Of a stretch of DNA of 60,979 bases, positions 1 through 11,835 are shown piece by piece. Made by a program: the position numbers and the translations under genes. The notes under the pieces are model-generated. The model was given only the letters and a program-made list of their open reading frames with translations, was not told the DNA's origin and searched no databases. Source of the stretch: Chiloscyllium plagiosum (Eukaryota); NCBI RefSeq assembly GCF_004010195.1, contig NC_057754.1:9111728-9172706 (forward strand), written 5' to 3'. Position 1 is the first letter of the stretch. Each line of letters starts with the position of its first letter.

Positions 1-874
1 GAGGTCAATTCTCTCTCTAGAGTTTTAATTAGTTCACAGACCTCAGATCTATGTATGGCAGCAATGTCTGCACCCAGAAGTCAATGCATTAGCACAGTGA
101 TCAGCATGTGTGGCACAGCGTAGATGAACTGTGGTGGAGGTCAGAGCCATTACAACATTTAAGAAGTACTTACATGAGCACTTTAAATAGCATAGCATAC
201 AAGGTTCGGGGCCAAATTCTGGAAAATGGGATGAGAGTAGATAGGTGTAGGATGACCACTGCGGATACAAAGAACCGAAGGGCCTATTTCTTCCTGCAAA
301 AACTCTATGATTATAAGACATGACAGTCATTCAATTTATCAGAACCTAAATCTCACTGGCATTTTGATCGTGGAAAGAAAAGTATCTGCTGTGTCTATTT
401 CTCGAGGCCTTGGGATCTTTCTATGCATCCTATTAATTAACATTCCAAAGTTACTGGTTATACTCCTTTGGATCTGTCCCAGACTTGCTCATCTCTAAGG
501 ACTGCTTGAATTCTGTTATTTATTGCATTCCATGTACTATCTCTGTCAAATTCAGTTATTCCTCTTATATTTTCCATTGTCTAAATTATATATGTAAAAA
601 ATACAAAAGACAGTTGGTCTTAACTAACTGCTATAAGATTTGTAATATGAATTAACGTTAAAATGTTCATTATAAAATGTAGAGTTATACAGGTACTTCT
701 ACTGTTAGCACTTGGTGATTAATAATTGCAAGCAGTCTATTTCATTCAGGGCTTACCACTATTTTTATAGTTAAGGAAAGCATTTCTTGAGACTAATTAA
801 TTTTCACATCTATGTTTAAATGCTTTTCCCCTAATGCTTCTATTATATGTTAGCTATATGTGTATCTATACTTA

Positions 875-996
875 GGAGAAAGTGAAGACTGTAGATGTTG
901 GAGATTAGAGTGGATTAGTATGGATACAAAAAGTGTGGTGCTGGAAAAGCACAGTGGGTTATGCTGCCTGACCGGCTTTTCCAGCACCACACTTTT
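875..996 (-). mobile_element. Internally deleted fold-back PLE pLTR element (family A)
   Basis: 34-bp perfect inverted arms 917-950/975-1008, family tail on the left. TSD tgtatc(t/c)atactta at 861-874 and 997-1010. Confidence 0.75.
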
Positions 997-1439
997 TGTA
1001 TCCATACTTATGTTGAATCTATCTCTATGAATATCTGAGGAATCTTTAACCACAACCTATTTTATTAATATTGTGAATAACTTCAAAGAAGCAACTAATT
1101 ACTACAAAATAACTTTAGCTGTTGTTTTCATGGTTGCTTAATGAGTTAGGTGCTTTGGTTAATGGGCTGAGATTTTGACCCCTTGTTTTAATTGGTGCTT
1201 TTTACCTAATGGGACAACATCCATTCATTAATGAGGCTTTAATCAATTATTTGTCTATCCTTAGACAGCCTGTTATCAAACTGTCTCAAATGGTTGTTTG
1301 CAGGGTCCCTTATTGACCTTGGAATAGCCCTGTTCAAAGATACCATTATGTTGCACTTAAATATTGTAACAGGCTGTTTCATTCTGTTTAATACTTGTTG
1401 GCCATTTTGTGTCTTTCAAACATGGGCCGTCCTTACAGG

Positions 1440-2515
1440 TCTAGACAGAGTAAAGGATGTTTCTGATGACTAGGGTGTCCAGAACCAGAGATCACAGTCT
1501 AAGGATAAGGAGTAGATTATTCAGAACTGAGATGAGGAGAACCCAGAGAATGGTGAGCCTGTGAAATTTTCTGTCCCCAAAATTGGTTGAGGCAAAACCA
1601 TTGAATGTATTCATTAACGAGTTAGATGTAAAATCAGAAATTGCTAGAGAAATGTTTTAGGTCCAGTGAAGTTCTCTCCATGAATGCTGTCAGACCAACT
1701 GGATTTCTCCAGCAATTCCTATTTTTGCTTTAGATTTCCAGCATCTGCAGTTTTAAGGACTTACATACAGTTCTTAGCGCTGAAAGGATAAAAGGCTATA
1801 GGGACAAAGCAGAATCAGGGGACTGAGTTTGATGATTCTCTTTGATTGTATTGATTGGTGAAGCATGCTCAAAGGTTTTCAGATAACAACTCCAGAATTG
1901 GTGGTTTGGTGGACAGTTAAGAAGGTTATCTAAGATTACAAAGACTTTTGAGTATAGGTGTTGAGACATTATGCTGAGATTGTACAGGATGTTGGTGAAG
2001 TTCCTTCTGGAGTGCTGGTCACCTGGTTATAGTAAGGATATTACTAAGCTGACAGGCCTCAGAAAAGATTTACCAGGATGTTGCCAGGAATGGAGTGTTT
2101 GAGTATAAGGAGAGGCTGGATAGACTGGGACTTTTTAAACTGGAACATAGGAGATTGAGGAATGACCTTGTGGAGGTTTATAAAATCATGAGAGATACAC
2201 AAAAGATGAATGGCAAATGTCTTTTCCCAAGGGTGAGGGATTTCAAGACATTTTTAAGGTGAGAGGAGAAAGATTTTAAAAATACATGGGGGACATTTGT
2301 TTTTTACAGAGTGTGGAAACATGTGGGAATAAACTGCCAGAGAAAGTGGTGGATGCCGATGCAGTTATACCATTGAAAAGACATTTAGATAAGAACATGA
2401 ATAAGAAATATTTGGAGGGCTGTGAGCGTGGAGGTAGGACTAGTTTAGTCTGGGATTATGGTCTGTGCTGACTCTGAAGGACTGAATGGCCTCCTCCTGC
2501 TCCTATTTTCTATCC
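1440..2515 (+). mobile_element. CR1/HER1 LINE 3' fragments
   Basis: gtttataaaatcatgag, WN.LP.KVV and FKRHLD-type motifs, CR1 3' end. A small inverted pLTR-like insert at ~1630-1755. Confidence 0.7.
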
Positions 2516-4961
2516 ATGACGGGTCCCGCTCCTCATTCGCTCCGATTGGTTGGTAGACCAAACATTTCCGGTCGGGCTTCCCCTTCTCCCTCTTCCTATT
2601 GGCACTATCTGTCTGTCAATCATCTAGTAACAATCATCTACCTTTTTCCATATTCCTGCACATCATTACTATCCAATAAAAGTCCAGTGCCCCCTTGAAT
2701 GTCTCAATTGAACATATCTCCACCACATTTCCAGACAGTGCATTCCATGCCCCAACAGTTTGCTTTTGTGAAAAAGGTTTCTTCTCACATCACCCTTGCT
2801 TAATTTTAAAGTCACTTTAAATCACTAATCTTTGCAAATTCTACACTTCAGTGTCTGAAAGGTTCCACTGATTAACATCTCTGATGAAAATGTGCAGAAT
2901 AATCCTCTCTGACAATTCTTACTAATACATTGCAGTCACTGACACTTCCATTATGAAATTAAATTTATCACAGAATTGTGAAACCAAATTGTGAAATATT
3001 TTACAGATTATCAATAAAAGCCTCATCAATCAGTATTGATACTGATGACGTCTGGAAGTCATGAAGTTCATTTGTTTATGACCCAGCAATAGCAATGTTG
3101 GAGAAAAGTGGATCCCACAACAAAGATTGTATTGAGACCTGTGCAGCAGCAGATAAAAAAAACACCTTGTGCACAACATAAATCTAACACCTAGAAACTG
3201 TATCACTTAAAGGTTGCCAATTCAGAGAGATATAATGCAAATAAACACTGGATTAATCACGGTCAGAATGCCGAGCTGCCTGTGACAGTAGAAATCTGAA
3301 GTGCTGTGTATGATGGGATGCTTGGTGCAACCATCAGCCCCCTGAGATCGGTAGCTGGGCAAGTGCTCATCGACCAAAGATGATCTGCTCTGTTGAACAT
3401 TACTATTGAGTTATATCAAATAAACATCTTCCTGTTTCTGTTTGACACCTCCTGCAGCTTCTTGTCATGATTGAGTTGAATGATGACCACCCCTCCCACT
3501 GCATCACTTGAGGTGGTTGATTGCTGACCCAAGTAGAAATCCCATTCCATTAACTTCATAAAATCTTCAGAAATTTATTGAATATTGTAAGAATAGCTCT
3601 CTTCCGGTAATGAAGAAAATTTTCTGGTTAACAAGTGCAGGAGAGCCTAGCCCAGTGGGCTCCAATTTTGTCTAAGATCACTTTGAATCTACCCCCAGAA
3701 AATATAGAATAAACTGTTTATTTTTAGTGCCATAAGCCACTACAGATAATTATTCATTTTGTCCTCAACACACTTAAATCTCAGTGTCACCTCCTGAGGC
3801 TCTGCCAGTACCTTGAAGTCTGTGTTGTGGTTTGAGACTGCTAGTTGTAAACTGTCCATCAAATAGGTATCCAAGAGGACAATGCAATAGTTGGACCTGA
3901 TTATCTTCATTTGGGTGCATATGGTCTCCCAGAAGTATGTGGAACTATAAAGCAGGCTTTCACTTTAGAAGCAGATAGAGTCATACAGCATGGAAACAGA
4001 CCCTTGCACGTGACTTGTCCATGTCGCTGGGGAGTGATTATTTTTCTCTGTTTATGAGTCCCTAAAAATCGCTGTCCCTTTATTCAACTTTCAGCTCAGT
4101 ATCATTTTGGCAAAGCAATTATCTCTGTATCAACTCCACTGCTTTGTAAATCAAACACCTGATGGAATTTGGTGATCGAGCCACCAATGATGGCCTGAGG
4201 AATGGATTTGAGATGCTTTGTATTTTTTCTATTATTTCTTCTTTGTTCCAAAAGTCTTTGAATAAAAAGTCAGTGACACACAGTCATTGTTTTTTTAACT
4301 ACATCACCATCTGTGAATGATTTGTTTTGCTAGAAGATTCAATGCAGACTGTACCTCTTGCTGCTGGTTTCAATAAAAGAAAATCAACTGGTGAGCTTTC
4401 AAAATAGTCTTCACCTTGCCAACATTCTTCATCCGAAGCATGCTTTATAAGGAAAATCCTTGAATTTACACTATATCGTTATGTAGTAGTGTTCCAAATT
4501 CCCATTTTTACTTATTAATATACTTTGGCGAAATGTAAAGCAAAACTTCTTATCAATTACAGTTATGAAGGGAAATGTTTTTTTCTTAATCCATGAGGAA
4601 GTTGTCCGTTTTTGGTTTCTTTTTAGATGGTCCAGGTTTAACATATCTTTTTTGCTCCCCATTATAGTTTGTGACGTCACTCTGCCTCTGGTCACACTGT
4701 AGGTCGGCCTTAGGATCTGATCCTCAGGAACATTGACACTGTTGTGGGCAGCTTTCACACGTGGAGGCACGGGAGGTCACTTCTGTGGCTGAGATTTGTT
4801 TCCACAGTCCCTGGTCAGCTCGTATGTTGGGCACGGCAATGTTCCTGTAATTTTTCTTCGTCCCGCACGGCTTCACATTATCAGTTCCTTGTATATTTCT
4901 TATTAACTTGCCACCAGGAAACCTGCTTTACCCTGCAATTATAGCCTATCTGGACCAAACT

Positions 4962-5445
4962 GGGCAGCACGGTGGCTCAGTGGTTAGCACTGCTGCCTCA
5001 CAGCGCCAGGAACTCGGGTTCAATTCCAGCCTTGGGCGACTGTGTGGAGTTTGCACATTCTTTCCGTGTCTGCGTGGGTTTCCTCTGGGTGCTCCAGTTT
5101 TCTCCCACAATCCAAAGATGTGCAGGTTAGGTGAATTGGCCATGCTAAATTGCCCATGGTGTTCAGGGATGTGTAGGTTAGGTACACTAGTCAAGGGTAA
5201 ATATAGAGTAATTGGGTAGGGGAATGTGATGAAGGACTCCTGCCCAAAATGTCGATTTTCCTGCTCCTCGGGGGCTGTCTGACCTGCTGTGCTTTTCCGG
5301 CACCACTCTAATCTTGACTCTGATCTCCAGTCCTCACTTTTGCCTAGGGGAATGTATCTGGGTGGGTTACTCTTCGGAGGGTCGCTGTGGACTTGTTGGG
5401 CCAAATGGCCTGTTTCCACACTGTAGGGATCCTATGATTCTATGA
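4962..5445 (+). mobile_element. tRNA-derived HE1-type SINE
   Basis: A box tggctcagtgg, B box ggttcaattcc, conserved core, CR1-like 3' tail. Carries a PLE insertion. Confidence 0.85.
5228..5344 (+). mobile_element. PLE pLTR fragment (family A) inserted into a SINE
   Basis: Begins gatgaagg... (degenerate hammerhead) and ends with the family tail. TSD taggggaatgt at 5217-5227/5345-5355. Confidence 0.75.
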
Positions 5446-5849
5446 AATTGAAAATAGGATGCAACAAACTGCCAAAGCCTATTAAGATCATGCACTTTTT
5501 TTTCCCAACTTCGCACGTTTTGGATGCAGAGGTCATGCAGCAGCATGATGGTCAATGCGCATTTGACGAGGAAACTCAGGTTGGTGAGATTGTCAGATGC
5601 TGGTGGTGAAGGAATGCAGCAGGCTGTGAGACTGACTGTTAGAGATTCTATAATTGGCCAGTTGATCACGATCTATGTTATGGGAGCCCACGGGACTCAG
5701 CCTTTCACCATTGCCAAGGAGATGACTCCAGCACAGAACCAAAACGATCCTGATGGGGTGGGGCATCTTATCTCCCTTACATAGAGCAACTGCTCTGAAT
5801 ACAGCTTAAACACCACCTCCCAGCTAACCAGTCACAAAATGAGTTCACT

Positions 5850-6525
5850 GACTTCCAACTCCAACCAATTTTTATAGATGCACCATAGAAAGTATACTAT
5901 CTGGATGCATCATGGCTTGTTCATGCCAAACTGCTCTTCTCAGGCCCATAAGAAATTGCAGAGAGTTGTGAAAACAGCCCAGTCCATCATGCAAGTCAAC
6001 CTTCCATCCACTGAGTCCATCTATACTTCTCGCTATCTCAGGAAGGCAGATAACTTAATCAAAGACCCCTCCCACCCCGGTTATAATCTCTTCCAACTAC
6101 TTCTGTTGGGCAGAAGATACAAAAACATAAACACACATAACAACAGATTCAAGAACAGCTTCTTCCCCGCTATTATTAAACATCTTAATAGACCAAGATA
6201 AATGTTACGGGCATAAGCCCTTCATCATCTCCTGCTTGAATGCTGCCTGACCTGCTGTTCTTTTCCAGCGCCACACTTTTCGACTCTGATCTCCAGCATC
6301 TGCAGTCCCCACTTCCTCCTAGTTATCTTAACAGACCTCTCAAATTTCGAATTTAATGTTGACCTCACTCTTTGTGCACCTTCTCTGCAGCCGTAATATT
6401 GCATTCTTCGCTCTATTCTATTATCTTTATGCACTTGGTATGGTGTGAGCTGCCTGTACTGCACATAAAACAAAGCTTTTCACTGTACTTAGGTACAAGT
6501 GACAATAATAAACCAAATCAAGTCA
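5850..6525 (+). mobile_element. Rex1/Babar-like LINE 3' fragment
   Basis: IKDPSHPGYNLFQLLLLGRRY...RFKNSFFPAIIKHLN is the typical C-terminus of this clade. Confidence 0.7.
6195..6323 (+). mobile_element. PLE pLTR fragment (family A) with a short inverted piece
   Basis: gggcataagcccttcatca joined to the direct pLTR tail. TSD atcttaa(t/c)agacc at ~6182-6194/6325-6337. Confidence 0.65.
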
Positions 6526-6981
6526 ACAAAAATAGGAGGAATTATCTTGAATACCTGTCTCATTACCAATGGGACATTGAATAAGTGATGACAACATGGG
6601 ATCCTTAGAAATAAGCTATATGAAGGAGAATTAGAGGGAAAAATCACCTCACACAGGAAGGGGCCTCTCAGAATGATCCACGCTAGCTTTAGCCTAAAAC
6701 CATGGCCAGCTCAGGAAGACTGAGAAAGGGAGTCCAGCCCTGGAAATCAGCTTTATTTGTTTATTGTCCAAACTGGATGCCATAAACCATTGACCTCCAG
6801 TTGCAGCACAACATCCTGCCGGGGACAAGGGTATCATTCCGAAGAGATTGTCATGCCTAGTCAAAGAGCTCAGCATCCCCTGATCCGGGAAAAGGGAACC
6901 ATTCTGTAGAAACTGCCCCTTCAGTCCTGAGATCAATGACCTCTTGCCCCATACCCTTGTCCAATCTGGGATCAATACATT

Positions 6982-7198
6982 GTTGAAACTTTATTGCTGG
7001 AACAGCACAGCAGGTCAGGCAGCATCCAGGGAACAGGAGATTCGACGTTTCGGGCACAGGCCCTTCTTCAGGAATGAAGAAGGGCCTGTGCCCGAAACGT
7101 CGAATCTCCTGTTCCCTGGATGCTGCCTGACCTGCTGTGCTGTTCCAGCAATAAAGTTTCAACTTTGATCTCCAGCATCTGCAGACCTCACTTTCTCC
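6982..7198 (+). mobile_element. Young fold-back PLE pLTR element (family A)
   Basis: Perfect 89-bp arms 6982-7070/7075-7163 with a GGAA loop and an unpaired 3' tail. TSD tcaatacattgtt at 6972-6984/7199-7211. Confidence 0.88.
7040..7075 (-). ncRNA. Minimal type I hammerhead ribozyme motif
   Basis: AUUC-CUGAAGA-A-GGGC-CUGU-GCCC-GAAAC-GUC-GAAU: intact core, paired stems I and II, palindromic ACGU stem III. Confidence 0.8.
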
Positions 7199-7512
7199 TC
7201 AATACATTGTTCTCATGTGAAGGGCTGTATGTCTTTTATGACCTTTGATTACACACCACCTCAAGCTTGATGCTTCTTAAGAAAAGTTTCTGCAAAATGA
7301 CTTTGACTTTCTCCTTGAATAACCTGTAACTCCTGGTCTAAAATCTACCTTTTTATGGGAAGGGAATGAAAACAGAAATAATCTAGAATCATGACAAGGT
7401 GTTAGTTGTGGCTCATCATGAGTCAGGTGAGGGGTTCAAAAACATTTCTAAAAACATGAAAATAAAGTTCAGGTTGATATTCTGATGCTGCAGTGAGGGA
7501 GCACTACAACAT

Positions 7513-9020
7513 CATAGAGTCATACAGCATGGAAATAGACCCTTCAGCCCAACCAGTCCATACCGAACATAATCCCAAACTAAACTAGTCCCACCTGCCT
7601 GCTCCAGGCCCATATCCCTCCAAACCTTTCCTATTCATGTCCTTATCCAAGTGTCTTTTAAATGTTGTAATTGTGCACACATCCACTATTTTCTCAGAAG
7701 TTCATTCCACACATAAACTGTCCTCTGTATAAATAATTTACCCTTCATGCCTTTTTAAAAACTCTCTCCTCTTACCTTAAGAATGTACCTACTAATCTTG
7801 AAATCCTCCTTCCTAGGGAAAAGAACTGACCATTAACCCTATCTATATCCCTCATGATGTTACAAACCTCAATCAGGTCACCTCTCAACCTCTTACGCTC
7901 CAGTGAGAAAAGTCTCAGCCTATTCAGCCTTTCTTTACAACTCAAACCTTACATACCCAGCAACATTCCTGGTAAATCTCTTCTGAACTCTCTCCAGCTT
8001 AATAATATCCTCCCTATAACAGGGTGACCAAAACCGGAATCAATATGCCAGAAAGGCCTCACCAATGTCACAGAGTCAGAGATGTACAGCGCAGAAACAG
8101 ACCCTTCCTTCCAACCCGTACATGCCGACCAGATATTCTAACCTAACCTAGTCCCATTTGCCAGAACTTGGCCCATATCCCTCTAAATACGCCTTATTCA
8201 CGTACCCATTCAGATGCCTTTTAAATGTTTTTAAATGCCTCCACCACTGCCTCTGGTATCTCATTCCATACATGCACCACCTTCTGCGTGAAATCCTGTA
8301 TAACCTCAACATGACTTTCCAACTCCTATACTCAAAGTAGTGAGCAATGACGGCAAGTGTGCTAAATGCCTTTTTAACCACTCTGCCCATATGTGATGCA
8401 AACTTCAAAGAATTATGTACCTGAACCCCCCCCCCCCCCCGATCCCTGTGTTTTACAACACTACCCAAGGGCCTATCATTAATTGTAAAAGTCCTACCCT
8501 CTGTTTGCTGTACCAAAATGCAATACATCGCATTTATCCAGATTGAACCCAAGCCCGCTTTTTCCTGCCCATTAACCCATGAGACATTCAGTTATAGCCA
8601 TTGTTGTGACAGGTGACATAAATGAAAGCTTTCCAAAGACAAAGATTCAAAAATAGGATGGTCAGTAACAGGACATTATAGAATTTTGCAGTACATAAGG
8701 AGGCTATTCAATCCATCATCTTTGTATTAGCTCTCAAAGGAGCAACCCAGTGAGTCCCACTCTCCAGTCCTATCTCCGTAGCCATCACTTTCAAATATAT
8801 ATTCAGCTCTCTGTTGAAATCTCCTACAGAATCTGCCTCCACCACTCTCCCAGACAGCGCACCTAACAAGTTATGAGTAAAGAACTTTCTCTTCATTTCA
8901 CTCCTAGCTCGCTTGCTGACAATCTTAAAATTGTGACCTCGAGTTAGACATACCAACTAGTGGAAACAGCATATCCTTCTTTACCCTGACAAAGTTGTTC
9001 AGAATTTTGAACATCTTAAT
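7513..9020 (-). mobile_element. Nested CR1/HER1 LINE 3' fragments
   Basis: ORFs 8148-8552 and 8708-8956 resemble the CR1 ORF2 C-terminus. Confidence 0.8.
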
Positions 9021-9134
9021 TTTGAGAAACCAAGAACTCAATAAAATGTGTTTGACACAAAGCTGATTTATTTAACCTCCAATTCAGAAATCAGCCCAGT
9101 TACAGGGATTATTAATAAAAAATGAAACAAGTTA

Positions 9135-9563
9135 AATTGGAAGGGGACTAATATACTGGCAGGGAAATTTGCAAGAACTGCTCGGGAGGATTTAAACTAG
9201 TAAGGTGGGGGGGGGGGGGACCCAGGGAGATAGTGAGGAAAGAGAGCAATCTGAGACTGGTACAGTTGAGAATAGAAGTGAGTTAAACAGTCAGGGCAGG
9301 CAGGGACAAGGTAAGACTAATAAATTAAACTGCATTTATTTCAATGCAAGGGGCCTAACAGGGAAGCCAGATGAACTCAGGGCATGGTTAGGAACATGGG
9401 TCTGGGATATCATAGCAATTAGGCATTTGGATGGGTATATGAATAGGAAGGGTTTAGAGGGATATGGGCCGGGTGCTGGCAGGTGGGACTAGATTGGGTT
9501 GGGAAACCTGGTCAGCATGGATGGGTTGGACCGAAGGGTCTGTTTCCATCTCTATGACTCTAA
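9135..9563 (+). mobile_element. Internally deleted CR1 (ORF1 end/ORF2 start fused to the 3' end)
   Basis: LNCIYFNARGL...DIIAI is joined directly to RHLDGYMNRKGLEGYG. Confidence 0.75.
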
Positions 9564-9582
9564 GTGCCAAATTATACATGGC

Positions 9583-10005
9583 TCAGTCCTGTGTTTGATT
9601 AAGAGCAGCAATAACAGCAGAATATAACCCTGGAGTCATTTGTGAATTCTAGTATATCTGCAGGATGGATTAATGAGTGAATTTCTTCAGGCACAGATAG
9701 CAGGTGATGTCTCTCCCAGGGTGAACTTGCTGGTGAGTCAACAGATCCTGGTTGCTTTTAAAATTCTTCTCATAGTTAGAACACTTAAAAGGTCTCGAGT
9801 CAGAATGAGCATGTTGGTGTGAAATGTCTTTCCCTGGTATGAGCTCTTTGGTATTTATACAAGCTGGATAACTAAGTGAATTCCTTCCCACACACAGGAC
9901 AGGTGGATGACCTGGTTCCAGTGTGAATTCGCTCGTGTCTCAGCAGGTAATTTGACTGAGCAAACTCTTCCCACACTTGGGCAGGTGAACAGTTTCCCCT
10001 CAGGA
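9583..10005 (-). pseudogene. Degenerate 3' end of a C2H2 ZNF gene
   Basis: Decayed fingers (RPFKCSNYEKNFKSNQDLLTHQQVH) with frameshifts, ending in LYSAVIAALNQTQD*, which is homologous to the gene 1 tail. Confidence 0.8.
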
Positions 10006-10544
10006 GGTCTCTCCTATTCCATAGACCTCTTTTGTATGGAGACGGTAGTGTCCATTGTCAATCCATCAGCACTGAAACCGCACTGTACTTCTGGACACAA
10101 ACACTCGACGAGTGGATAGAAACTTTTTAAACATGAACCTGATGAATGTTTGCCCTGTCACTTGTGGAGTGAGATGCTCCTGTTGTTGCTGCAATCTCCT
10201 CTGTCTTCTTTTGGTTTTGCAGATAGTGATGACATTTTTTACATCATGCATGTCCTATGCAACAGATCCAGCTCCTAACAGAGAAGGAGGTCATGAAGGT
10301 GCAGCAGTAGACGGGACTTTCAGTAAAGCTGTGACTGCATCCTTGTCCAGGATCTTTCTGGTTGCTCCAAAATTATTGGCCTTTGCAAGGTCAGGTGATG
10401 AGAGTAACACATCAATCACAGCCATGACCGGAAGCTGCAGGAGAGCATTAGATAGCAACTGGAGGATATCTGGGGGAGTATATTTCATAGTCGTGTTTAA
10501 CCCCATGGGATATCTGTTTAATTCTGTGAGTACCTCACCATATT

Positions 10545-10848
10545 GGGCAGCATGGTGGCTCAGTGATTAGCACTGCTGCCTCACAGTGCCAGGGACCTGG
10601 GTTCAATCCCACTTTTGGGCAACTGTCTGTGTGGAGTTTGCATGTTCTCCCTGTGTCTGTATGTTTTCCTCCCACAGTCCAAAGATGTGCAGGTTAGGGT
10701 GGATTGGCTCTGCCAAATTGCCCATGGGGCCCAGGGATGTGTGGATTAGCCATGGGAAATGCAGGGTTACAAGGATAAGGTGGGTCTGGGTGGTATGCTC
10801 TTCAGAAGGTCGATGTGTACTTGATGAGCCGAATTGCCTGCTTCCACA
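10545..10848 (+). mobile_element. HE1-type SINE
   Basis: Same head and core as 4962-5445. Confidence 0.85.
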
Positions 10849-11835
10849 TTTTCTCTGCCAAATCCAAGGGATGGTGGTACCAAGTACTCTCTTGACCTCA
10901 GACATAGTACTTCGACACAGACCATTTGGATTCCCTGACATGGTTTATCCAGTGTTTATTTGCACAGTATTTCCCCATAATCTGCACACAACTGTCAAGA
11001 TTATTTTCAAGTGTTTCAGATTCTATGTTTTTGTTATGTGTTAGATAGACTATGCCTTTTGCTTAAGTTAGAGATATCACGACTGCTTAGCAAGTCTCAA
11101 ATCAGTTTTTCAATGGAAATCTAAATGTTACAAATAGGACTGAAAGAGCGCTTAGTCCCACCATTACGGAAGTTGCCCATCTTGTCCAAAGTTTGGAATC
11201 AAACAGGTGTTTCACTGGACTGCACACAATTGGTCATCTCCCAGTCTCCATCTGACACTCACCTGCAGCTTGCTGTCATGGCTAAATTGGACAATAAACC
11301 CTTGTCACTGAGCTGGACTGGGCCACCTATGGCTGAGCAAGCATAGAGGCTCCTAATCCATGCTGAAATCACTACTCCACTGCTTGTAGATTTCACTTAA
11401 CACTGCTGCTGCTTCTGTGTCATAAAAGATTGAAACCAGTGACTTCAAAACTTCATCAGCATCAATGTTGATTGATGAAGCTTTGATTGAATGTGTCTGG
11501 AAAATATTTCACTATTTTGTTTCATGCTCCTTAACACTTCAATTTTGATTACAAAAGGTGTTGCTGTGGAGAATATGAAAGTCAGTAAGAATAGTCAGCA
11601 ATGATTAATTGTTTATCAAACATTTCTAATTGGATATGTTGAACAGTGGAATGATTCAGACACCAAACTGTAGACCTTTCATCAAAGATCAAGTTAAGGT
11701 TTTTAATTTAATTTTAATCTTGATCCTGTAGATAAGATCATGCATTATGGAGAAAGATCACAGATGTTGCTTTCAACAAAAATGACAATTATAGATGTTA
11801 CATTCAGTCGAAACAACCCAAGTATTGTCAGATAA

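Noticed and set aside
2520..2640. CCAAT-rich promoter-like patch
   Set aside because: Short, with no associated exon or ORF that I can identify.
4962..5035. tRNA genes
   Set aside because: The A/B boxes belong to SINE heads followed by SINE core and tail; no complete cloverleaf.
6600..6960. Possible Tx1/L1-like ORF2 C-terminal relic on the minus strand
   Set aside because: Only a faint motif resemblance (SSLTRHDNLFGMIP); too weak to call.
6857..7168. Two near-identical ORFs on opposite strands
   Set aside because: A direct consequence of the perfect palindrome; no protein features.
6982..7198. Palindromic elements interpreted as MITEs or DNA transposons
   Set aside because: The arms are asymmetric with a one-sided tail, TSD length varies from 10 to 15 bp, and the same sequence lies downstream of GIY-YIG ORFs at 15831-16190 and 22720-23443.
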